Positions 9,395 through 17,540 of a stretch of DNA of 64,000 bases are shown here, piece after piece. Source of the DNA: Patescibacteria group bacterium. GTDB lineage: Bacteria > Patescibacteriota > Minisyncoccia > UBA6257 > UBA9933. The stretch lies in NCBI GenBank assembly GCA_038065035.1, contig JBBTRV010000004.1, forward strand, positions 51,798 through 115,797, given 5' to 3'. Under the pieces are notes generated by a model. It searched no databases. It worked only from the letters and a program-made list of their open reading frames with translations, and was not told the DNA's origin. The position numbers were made by a program, and so were the translations under genes. The stretch's first letter is position 1; each line of letters opens with the position of its first letter.

Positions 9395-10523
9395 TGCTAA
9401 TAAGCTTAAAATAATGACGATTTTTGGCACTCGGCCGGAAATTATTCGGCTTAGCCGAGTTTTTGCCAAACTTGACCAATATGTCAATCACATTATGGTT
9501 CACACGGGCCAAAGCTATGATTATGAAATGAATCAGGTTTTTTTTGAGAATTTAAAAGTCCGTAAACCCGATTATTTCTTGGAAGTAAAATCAGAAACTT
9601 TGGGCGGCCAGATTGCTAAAATTATAGAGAAAAGCGAAGAAGTTTTAAAAAAGGAAATGCCGGACGCGGTTTTGATTTTAGGGGATACCAACAGCGCGCT
9701 TGCCGCGATAATCGCTAAAAGAATGAAAATCCCGATATTTCATATGGAGGCGGGTAATCGTTCTTTTGACGAGAACCTTCCCGAGGAAATTAATCGTAGG
9801 ATTGTTGACCATATCAGCGATATAAATTTATCATACAGCGAGAATGCCCGGCTTTATTTAATGAGAGAAGGAGTTCATCCGGGAACGATTTTTGTGACTG
9901 GTTCGCCGATGGCGGAAGTATGGGAAACTTATCGCGATGATATTAAAAAATCCCAAATTTTAAAAGAAATGAACCTTGAAAAAGGAAAATATTTTGTTGC
10001 GAGCATTCACCGCGAAGAAAATGTAGACAGCAAAGAAGCTTTAATGAAACTAATTGATTCATTAAACGCCGTTGCTGAAACATATAAGATGCCGATTATT
10101 ATGAGCACTCATCCGCGCACAAAAAACAGATTGGAAGAATATAATTTAAAAGCCAATAAATTAATTAATTTCCATAAACCTTTGGGTTATTTTGATTATA
10201 ATAATCTCCAGTTAAACGCTTTTTGTGTTTTGTCTGATAGTGGAACGATTTTAGAAGAATCATCAATTATGGGATTTCCCGCTATACAAACGAGAGTTAG
10301 TTCAGAACGTCCCGAGGGTTTTGATGAGGGAGTTTTAATTTTATCGGGACTTGATAAGGATATAATTTTACAGGCAGTTGATATCACGACTAAGCAAGCC
10401 GCGGACGGAGAGAAATTCAATATTCCGCGAAATTACCGCGACACTAATGTTTCTAGCAAAGTTTTGCGGTTAATTGTTGGCTTAACTAAAATCATTCAAG
10501 GCAAAAGAGGATATAAAAAATGA
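9345..10523 (+). CDS. UDP-N-acetylglucosamine 2-epimerase (non-hydrolysing; WecB/CapG/FnlC-like)
   Basis: MTIFGTRPEIIRL...HTGQSYDYEMNQVFFE and ...SIHREEN... motifs. Probable start at 9414. Confidence 0.8.
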   Translation: MKFLIKIIQILFMKKSNANKLKIMTIFGTRPEIIRLSRVFAKLDQYVNHIMVHTGQSYDYEMNQVFFENLKVRKPDYFLEVKSETLGGQIAKIIEKSEEVLKKEMPDAVLILGDTNSALAAIIAKRMKIPIFHMEAGNRSFDENLPEEINRRIVDHISDINLSYSENARLYLMREGVHPGTIFVTGSPMAEVWETYRDDIKKSQILKEMNLEKGKYFVASIHREENVDSKEALMKLIDSLNAVAETYKMPIIMSTHPRTKNRLEEYNLKANKLINFHKPLGYFDYNNLQLNAFCVLSDSGTILEESSIMGFPAIQTRVSSERPEGFDEGVLILSGLDKDIILQAVDITTKQAADGEKFNIPRNYRDTNVSSKVLRLIVGLTKIIQGKRGYKK

Positions 10524-11743
10524 AAAATATCTTAATTGTGGCTGATGTTTATCCGCCGGAAGTTTCTTCAGCCGCTCATTTGATGCAAGAGCTTGCCGAA
10601 GGCTTGAAAAAACACGGGCATAATATTTGGGTCGCCACTTCTTATCCAAAGCATTATTTGCCCAGAGAGTTTCAAGGAAAAGTTTTTGATGAATTTCGCG
10701 AAGAAAACGGCGTAAAAATTATCAGAATTAAAACTTTGCCGCTTCACAAGGTTAATTTTATAATTCGCGGGATTTCTCAATTAATTCTGCCACATTTGTT
10801 TTTCTGGAAAATTAAACAATATACAGATAGTTTAGATGGAGTGATAATTTATAGTCCTCCATTGCCCCTGTCTTTAATCGGCGGAATGATAAAAAAGAAA
10901 TACGGCGCCAAATTTATTTTAAATCTTCAGGATATTTTTCCGCAAAATGCAATTGATTTGGGCGTTTTGAAAGGTTGGAAATATAAACCGGCGATTTGGC
11001 TTTTTGAATGGATTGAAAAGAAAGTTTATAAAACAGCTGATAAAATAACTTTTCATTCTGAAGGCGGCAGGCAATTTTTAATTGAAAAAAAAGGTGTTCC
11101 GGCTGAAAAAATAATTACATTGCCGAATTGGATTGATTTTGCTTTTTATCAAAACCTAACTAAAGATATTTCTTTTAGGAGAGAATGGAGGTTGGAGAGA
11201 AAATTTATAATTCTTTTTGCTGGCATTATGGGGCCGGCACAGGGAATGGAATTTATAATAGAAGTTGCCAAAGAGATATCTGATATAAAAGACATTGTTT
11301 TTTTACTTGTTGGCGACGGTATGGAAAAAGGGAAAATTGAAAAATTAATCAAAGAATATAATTTAAAAAACATAATTATAAAACCCTTTGTCTCAAAAGA
11401 AGAATATCCGTATTTAGCTAAAGACGCCGATGTTGGAGTAGTTTGTTTAAGTAGAAATAACAAAACGCCTTTTGTACCGGGAAAATTTTTGGGATATATG
11501 GCGGCTGCTAAGCCAGTATTGGCTTTTTTAAATAAAGAAAGCGACGGTTTTGCCTTGATTGAAAAAGCTAAATGCGGTTATGCCGCAACGTCTGAAGACG
11601 TCAGTTTGGCAGCTGAATTAGTCAAACAAGTTTATAGTCAAAAGAATAAATTAAAGGAAATTGGCGATAATGGTTTTCAATATGTTAATGAAAATTTGAC
11701 CTTGGATGTTATTCTAAAAAAAATCGAAGAATTGATTTTTTAA
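10520..11743 (+). CDS. GT4 glycosyltransferase (WbuB-like, a candidate L-FucNAc transferase)
   Basis: MKNILIVADVYPPEVSSAAH... N-terminus. Position directly after the CapE/F/G-type genes. Confidence 0.65.
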   Translation: MKNILIVADVYPPEVSSAAHLMQELAEGLKKHGHNIWVATSYPKHYLPREFQGKVFDEFREENGVKIIRIKTLPLHKVNFIIRGISQLILPHLFFWKIKQYTDSLDGVIIYSPPLPLSLIGGMIKKKYGAKFILNLQDIFPQNAIDLGVLKGWKYKPAIWLFEWIEKKVYKTADKITFHSEGGRQFLIEKKGVPAEKIITLPNWIDFAFYQNLTKDISFRREWRLERKFIILFAGIMGPAQGMEFIIEVAKEISDIKDIVFLLVGDGMEKGKIEKLIKEYNLKNIIIKPFVSKEEYPYLAKDADVGVVCLSRNNKTPFVPGKFLGYMAAAKPVLAFLNKESDGFALIEKAKCGYAATSEDVSLAAELVKQVYSQKNKLKEIGDNGFQYVNENLTLDVILKKIEELIF

Positions 11744-11754
11744 TGATTATTATT

Positions 11755-13221
11755 TTACAGCTTCATTTTCGCGAATAAATCTTTAATTTCATTTATTGTA
11801 TCTTCTTTTAAGGTATAAAGTATTCCAAAATAAATTCCCGAGGAGATAATTATATTAATAATTACATTTAATCCGAAATAATTAAGGATATAACTGAAAA
11901 AGCCCATAATAATCGCGCTGGCGATTATTTTTTTTAGATAACGCAAAGTATGAAAATTACTAAGTTTTTTTATTTTGAACCAGACTGGCGTGAAATATAT
12001 GAATTGAGAAATTAATGTAGCGATTGCCGCGCCGCTGATGCCGTATTTAGGAATAAGTAAGACATTGAAAATTACATTACTTAAAGAACCAACTATTACA
12101 TAGCTGACTAGTTTTTTTTGTTGGTTATGCGCCATTATTAAATTGCCCAAAACAGCGCCCGGAAATTGAATAAGCAATGACGCGATTAATATTTTGAAGG
12201 ATGCGGCTGCCGGCAAATAAGTCCCCTCAAAAACAAATTTTATAAGAGGGCTGCTTAAAATAATCCCGCCGATTGCCAAGGGAATAGCGATAAGATACAG
12301 AATAACTATTAATTTTTCATTAAGATTGCGCGCTCGATCTAATTCGCCTTGTTTTATGAACTGCGTCATTGCCGGAAAAGCCGCGCTGGCGATAATCGCC
12401 GGCATAGTATAAAATATTTGAACAATTCGCTGGCTGGCTGAATAATAGCCGATTTCCTCAGCGTTACGCCACCAGCCGAGCATCACGATGTCAATATTAA
12501 GCATAAAAATGCCGAATAATCCGGTAAAAGCAAATGGCCAGCAATCATGGAAAAACTGGAGGGCTATTTTTTTATCAAAATTTTTAAATATTCCCTTAAC
12601 AATATTTTTAACAAAATAAAAAGCGACAGTGCTTAAGATGGCAACGCTGGTAATATATGCAAACAGCAAGGCGCCGGCAGTTTGATAAAATCTTAAAATA
12701 ATAAAGCCGGTTAAAGCGATTGCCACATTTATTATGACGGTTAAAAACGCTTCTCGTTCCATTTTTTCAATTCCTCGGAAGTAATGGAATACAAAATCTC
12801 TAAAATTATCAAAAATAACGAGTAAGGCTATAAAAGGTATTAAAGCAGCAGCTTCTTTAATATTTGAAAATTTCGGAGCGACGAAAATAATCAAAACGGC
12901 GGTAGTCGCCAATAATAAGTTTTTTATCCAAAAAGCGTTGATGAAATATATTGCTTTTTTTTCAGGATGACCGGCTATCTCGCGCGTCATCAAAGGGCTT
13001 ACGCCCAAATCGGCAAAAATCGTGAAAAACCCGGCGAGTCCTAAAGCGTAAGAAAAAATTCCGTATTCCGCGGCGCCCAAAACGCGAGCGGCGTAAATTA
13101 TAATTGTCGCTCTGATTAAACGACTTCCAACCTGGCTTACGCTTAGCCAAAAAGTGTTTTTAATAATTGTTTGGCGGGTGCTTTTATTTTGAAAAAGCAA
13201 TTCTTTTAGTCTGTTTATCAT
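11755..13221 (-). CDS. Polysaccharide biosynthesis protein / Wzx-type flippase (MOP superfamily)
   Basis: About 12-14 TM helices with a Wzx-like N-terminus TIIKNTFWLSVSQVGSRLIR. Confidence 0.7.
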   Translation of the reverse strand: MINRLKELLFQNKSTRQTIIKNTFWLSVSQVGSRLIRATIIIYAARVLGAAEYGIFSYALGLAGFFTIFADLGVSPLMTREIAGHPEKKAIYFINAFWIKNLLLATTAVLIIFVAPKFSNIKEAAALIPFIALLVIFDNFRDFVFHYFRGIEKMEREAFLTVIINVAIALTGFIILRFYQTAGALLFAYITSVAILSTVAFYFVKNIVKGIFKNFDKKIALQFFHDCWPFAFTGLFGIFMLNIDIVMLGWWRNAEEIGYYSASQRIVQIFYTMPAIIASAAFPAMTQFIKQGELDRARNLNEKLIVILYLIAIPLAIGGIILSSPLIKFVFEGTYLPAAASFKILIASLLIQFPGAVLGNLIMAHNQQKKLVSYVIVGSLSNVIFNVLLIPKYGISGAAIATLISQFIYFTPVWFKIKKLSNFHTLRYLKKIIASAIIMGFFSYILNYFGLNVIINIIISSGIYFGILYTLKEDTINEIKDLFAKMKL

Positions 13222-13229
13222 TATTTTAA

Positions 13230-14558
13230 TTATTGGTGAGAAATGAAAAAATATCTGATTGTTTTAAGCACAATCAGAAAATCCAAAAGCAGAGAGCGGT
13301 TTTTAATGTAATAAACATCATATTGGAGTTTTTTATAAGCTTCTTCAAGCGAGGCGCTGGGTTTGTAATTTAATTGCGCCCAGCCGGTTAAGCCAGGTTT
13401 TATAATATGGCGGATTTCGTAATAAGGCAGTTTTTTATACATTTGAACGAGCTCTGAGCGTTCCGGCCGCGGCCCGATAAAGGAAATATTGCCTTTTAAA
13501 ATATTAACAAGTTGAGGCAGTTCGTCTAAATGGGTATAGCGGATGATTTTTCCGATAAAAGTAAGGCGGCTATCATTTTTTTCAGTCCAAAGAGAACCAT
13601 TATGATTTATTATCATTGTCCTGAATTTATAAAGAACAAAAGGCATTTCTCCTTTCCCAATTCTTTCCTGCTTAAAAATAATAGGCCCTTCGGAAGTTAA
13701 TTTTATGATTATGGAAATTAATATCATTAAAGGTGAAAATAAAATCAACAATAGCAAAGACATTAAAAAATCTATTGATTTTTTCGCGGCATCATAAATT
13801 TTCCTGCCAGCCACGATGCTTTCGATGAACCAGCTTTCTTCAAGTTCATCAAGTGGTACTTTGTTAAAAAGCGTTTCAAAGAAAAGCGAAGAATCAATAA
13901 TTTGAATATCTAAAGGCAAAAGCCGATAAATTAATTTTGAACCAAGTGGATTGCTTTTTATTTTGTCATCTATCACCAAGGAATAGATTTTTTTGCTGGT
14001 AATGGAAGAAACAATATCGGAAAAATTTTTATCACTTAATCCTTCCTGAATGAGCGATTTGATGGCATAACCGATTTGAGGATTGTTTTTTAAGTATTCG
14101 GCGATTGAATTAATGCTTGTTGAATTGCCAATAAGCATTATCTGTTTTTTTAATCCGCCAGAAATAAATAAACTGGTTAAAATCAATCGCCAAAAGTAAT
14201 CAACTGCTCCATAAACAGCGCCGAATATTAACAAATTGGTTTTTGGCGTAAGTTTGAAAAAATCGCTAAAAATATAAAGAAGAATTATAGAAATAGCGAT
14301 ATTAATGGCAATCGCTAAAATAAAAGCTTGGATAGTTGCTATATTATGTTTATAAAACTTATCGTCATACAAATTAGACAAATAAAAAATTAAAAACCAG
14401 ACGATAAAAAGAAAGGAAAATGGTTTAATGTGAACTAATAAAGAAGGATAGAAATTAGATTGGCCATAGCGGATTAGAAGCGTTAAAACAAGGGCGCCGT
14501 ATAGAATGGCTATATCGCCGATTAAGAAAACCGCGGTTTTTGCCTTTTGAGCAATCAT
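13230..14558 (-). CDS. Polyprenyl-phosphate glycosyl-1-phosphate transferase (bacterial sugar transferase; priming enzyme)
   Basis: C-terminal domain IIFKQERIGKGEMPFVLYKFRTM...DELPQLVNILKGNISFIGPRPE is the WbaP/PglC hallmark. Confidence 0.8.
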   Translation of the reverse strand: MIAQKAKTAVFLIGDIAILYGALVLTLLIRYGQSNFYPSLLVHIKPFSFLFIVWFLIFYLSNLYDDKFYKHNIATIQAFILAIAINIAISIILLYIFSDFFKLTPKTNLLIFGAVYGAVDYFWRLILTSLFISGGLKKQIMLIGNSTSINSIAEYLKNNPQIGYAIKSLIQEGLSDKNFSDIVSSITSKKIYSLVIDDKIKSNPLGSKLIYRLLPLDIQIIDSSLFFETLFNKVPLDELEESWFIESIVAGRKIYDAAKKSIDFLMSLLLLILFSPLMILISIIIKLTSEGPIIFKQERIGKGEMPFVLYKFRTMIINHNGSLWTEKNDSRLTFIGKIIRYTHLDELPQLVNILKGNISFIGPRPERSELVQMYKKLPYYEIRHIIKPGLTGWAQLNYKPSASLEEAYKKLQYDVYYIKNRSLLLDFLIVLKTIRYFFISHQ

Positions 14559-14834
14559 AAATATTTAATTGATATAATATCACATAATTTGCTATTGACA
14601 AAGTCTTTTTTACTTGGTAAGCTTTAAAAAGTTTAGTGTGGTCTAAATGAATCATTTCGAATAAGCCTTAATAAAAATTTAGGTCGAAGCGAATAACCAT
14701 TTTGCCAATCGCTAAATAATTAAAAAGGGACGATAAAATTAACAGATGACTAATAACTGATGACTAACAGCTAACAGCAGTAAAAAAGTTGTAAGTTGTA
14801 GGTTGTTTGTTGTAAGTTAAATAGTGTAGGCAAA

Positions 14835-15026
14835 ATGGCTTATTCAGATCAAGGACAAGGCAATTTTAACCGCAAGATGTATTCTGGCAATTGGCAGTGT
14901 TCTAAGTGTCAAGCGCCGATAAATGAACTTCCGTTCGAACCAGATCCATCAAGGCTTGACCAATTGCTTTGCCGTGATTGCCACCGCGAAAGAAGGAAAA
15001 CTTTCGATAGGTTTCCGAGACGGTAG
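14835..15026 (+). CDS. Small zinc-ribbon protein (CxxC...CxxC)
   Basis: CSKCQ...CRDCH pattern. A strong intrinsic terminator follows directly. Confidence 0.4.
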   Translation: MAYSDQGQGNFNRKMYSGNWQCSKCQAPINELPFEPDPSRLDQLLCRDCHRERRKTFDRFPRR

Positions 15027-15035
15027 GCATAAAAA

Positions 15036-15067
15036 ATTCCCCCGATAAAATCGGGGGAATTTTTGTT
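15036..15067 (+). terminator. Rho-independent terminator
   Basis: attcccccga-taaaa-tcgggggaat stem followed by ttttgtt. Confidence 0.7.
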
Positions 15068-15151
15068 GAGATTTTTTGATATTTATTTATAATTATAATA
15101 TAAAGGTCGTCTTTATTAATAGTTAATTATAATTACGAAATAATAAAATAT

Positions 15152-15340
15152 ATGAAGTGGTTAAACTGGGTTGTTCTTTTTTTGGGATTATGGATATTGG
15201 TTTCTCCATGGACATTGAATTTTTCAGCTTATGGCAATATAGTTATCTGGAATAGCGTGATAAGCGGAGCATTAGTTATTATTTTCGCTTTGTGGCAGCT
15301 GTTTGGCGGCGATTCTTCAAGGCCGACAACGCCGCAGTAA
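15152..15340 (+). CDS. SPW-repeat small membrane protein
   Basis: Two TM helices and a VSPW motif. Confidence 0.45.
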   Translation: MKWLNWVVLFLGLWILVSPWTLNFSAYGNIVIWNSVISGALVIIFALWQLFGGDSSRPTTPQ

Positions 15341-15346
15341 AAAATT

Positions 15347-15574
15347 ATGGTCAAAATTTACACAACAACAACTTGCCCTTACTGCGTAATGGCAAAAGAT
15401 TATTTTAAGGAAAAAGGCGTAGGTTATGAAGAATATAATGTTGCCGAAGACAGGAACGCTTACGAAGAAATGCTTAAAAAATCCAATCAGATGGGTGTGC
15501 CAGTAATTGATATTAACGATGTGATTATAGTTGGTTTCAATAGGACGGAAATAGACAAGGCATTGCAAAAATAA
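15347..15574 (+). CDS. Glutaredoxin/NrdH-like redoxin
   Basis: CPYC active site near the N-terminus and a thioredoxin-fold length of 75 aa. Confidence 0.75.
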   Translation: MVKIYTTTTCPYCVMAKDYFKEKGVGYEEYNVAEDRNAYEEMLKKSNQMGVPVIDINDVIIVGFNRTEIDKALQK

Positions 15575-15575
15575 T

Positions 15576-16493
15576 ATGTATGATTTAATTATTATCGGCG
15601 CGGGACCGGCGGGCATTGCCGCCGGCATTTACGCGGCGCGTAAGAAATTAAAAACTTTAATAATTAGCGCCGATATTGGCGGCCAGCCGGTAATTGCTTC
15701 AAAAATAAATAATTTTATCGGTTTTAAATCTTTAAGCGGCGTTGAATTGAAAAAAGCGCTTGAAGAACATTTGCGTTCTTATGAAGGAATTGAATTAAAA
15801 GAAGGGCAAAAAGTTTCTAAAATAGAAAAAAATGGCGAGCGGTTTTCAATTACGGCTGAAAACGAAGAAATTTTTGAGACAAAAACCGTTTTGCTAGCCA
15901 TGGGCAGCAGACCAAGAAAATTAAACGTTCCCGGCGAGTCAAAATTTGAAGGCAGGGGTGTTTTTTATTGTTCAATTTGCGACGCGCCGCTGATGAAAAA
16001 TAAAATTGCGGCTGTTGTCGGAGGTGGAAACTCCGGATTTTACGCTGTGCTTGATTTAATTTCTTACGCGTCAAAAATTTATGTTTTGGAATATTCTGAT
16101 TCATTTAAAGCCGATCCTATTTATATAGATAAAGCCAAAGAATCCGGTAGGGTGGAATTCATCACAATGGCCGCGGCGCAGGAAATTACTGGCGATGGTT
16201 TTGTTAAAAACCTTAAATACCAGAAACGCGATACCGGAGAAAATAAAGAAATTGATTTAGACGGCGTTTTCGTGGCCGTTGGTTATCAGCCGAATAATCC
16301 CTTGGTAAAAGATTTGGTTAAAATAAACAACAATGGCAGAGTGATTATTAACCATCAAACTCAGGAAACTTCTATTCCGGGAATTTGGGCTGCCGGCGAT
16401 GTAACCGATGTTTTATATAATCAGATTAATATTGCCATTGGCGATGCCATCACTGCCGTTTTAAATATCTACGATTATTTAAATGAGAGATGA
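15576..16493 (+). CDS. trxB: Thioredoxin-disulfide reductase
   Basis: IIIGAGPAGIAAGIYAAR FAD motif, a CSICD redox-active CxxC, and GGGNSG NADPH motif. Confidence 0.85.
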   Translation: MYDLIIIGAGPAGIAAGIYAARKKLKTLIISADIGGQPVIASKINNFIGFKSLSGVELKKALEEHLRSYEGIELKEGQKVSKIEKNGERFSITAENEEIFETKTVLLAMGSRPRKLNVPGESKFEGRGVFYCSICDAPLMKNKIAAVVGGGNSGFYAVLDLISYASKIYVLEYSDSFKADPIYIDKAKESGRVEFITMAAAQEITGDGFVKNLKYQKRDTGENKEIDLDGVFVAVGYQPNNPLVKDLVKINNNGRVIINHQTQETSIPGIWAAGDVTDVLYNQINIAIGDAITAVLNIYDYLNER

Positions 16494-17509
16494 ATACAAG
16501 TTATATTATTTTAGTAGCGGTATTTTTAGGAATAATAAGTCTTTTAAGTTTTAGTATTCATAGTGGAATTATTGAAATAAAAAAGCCGCAGAATTTTTTA
16601 GGATTGGTAGGCGTTGATAATTCTGATGACTTTAAATTTGTCGGCAGCGTTGATCTGGAAGTTAATCTGCGAAACAGTTCTTCAACTCAAGACAACAACT
16701 ATCTTGAGAATAATAATAAGAAAGCAATAAGCGCGCCTGTAAAAACAAAAAAAGAAAAAGAGCCGAGCCAAACTATTGTGAAAGTGATAAGCGGAGCGGC
16801 TTTAAATCAGAAAAACGATGCTTCGTTGTTTTCGTCAATTGTTTCCGCAACAACATCAGTTGCATCCTCAACTGCGTCCTCAACGATTGCCGCGATTTTG
16901 CCGATTGAGGCGCCGGCTCAAATTCAGAATAAAATTTCTGAGCAAATTTCTGAAAAAATTTTAGAGCAAATTCCGGCAAAAATATTCGAAGAAATTCCAA
17001 AAGAAATTCCGGCGCAATCTACTGAGCAAGCTCCAGCGCTAATATTAGAACAGGTTCAAGAGTATATTATCGGCAATATTTTAATCAGCGAAATTATGGC
17101 TGGCGCTGACGGTAATTCCAGCTATGAATTTATTGAACTTTTTAATTCAACGGCAAGCTCTGTTGATTTAACCGGCTGGTCTATAAAAAAGAAAAGTTCC
17201 AGCGGCAGCGAATCAACGCTTGTGTCAAGCAGCCGTTTTGAAAATAAAATAATTCCGCCGAATAAATATTTTTTATTGGCTAATGAGGGCGGCTATGATG
17301 GTCAAATTTCAGCTGATGTTTTTTGGCCGAAATCTTATACGCTGGCGTATGCCAGCAATGCTATCATTATTTATAATTCCAATAATGAGCTTGTTGAAGA
17401 AGTTAGCTGGACTGAAATTTCCAAAGGCCAAAGCATTGAAAGGGAATATTTTAACAATAATCAATTTAAAACTCAATCAAATCCTAATCCTCAAAATTCC
17501 AGCTTGTAG
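16490..17509 (+). CDS. Secreted or membrane-anchored protein with a C-terminal Lamin-Tail Domain (LTD)
   Basis: N-terminal TM segment, a Ser/Thr/Ala-rich linker with EQI/EEIP repeats, and the LTD signature ISEIMAG...YEFIELFNST...DLTGWSI (about 17075-17430). Confidence 0.6.
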   Translation: MNTSYIILVAVFLGIISLLSFSIHSGIIEIKKPQNFLGLVGVDNSDDFKFVGSVDLEVNLRNSSSTQDNNYLENNNKKAISAPVKTKKEKEPSQTIVKVISGAALNQKNDASLFSSIVSATTSVASSTASSTIAAILPIEAPAQIQNKISEQISEKILEQIPAKIFEEIPKEIPAQSTEQAPALILEQVQEYIIGNILISEIMAGADGNSSYEFIELFNSTASSVDLTGWSIKKKSSSGSESTLVSSSRFENKIIPPNKYFLLANEGGYDGQISADVFWPKSYTLAYASNAIIIYNSNNELVEEVSWTEISKGQSIEREYFNNNQFKTQSNPNPQNSSL

Positions 17510-17540
17510 GTATTAGATTTTTTTAATATACTTAATTAAT

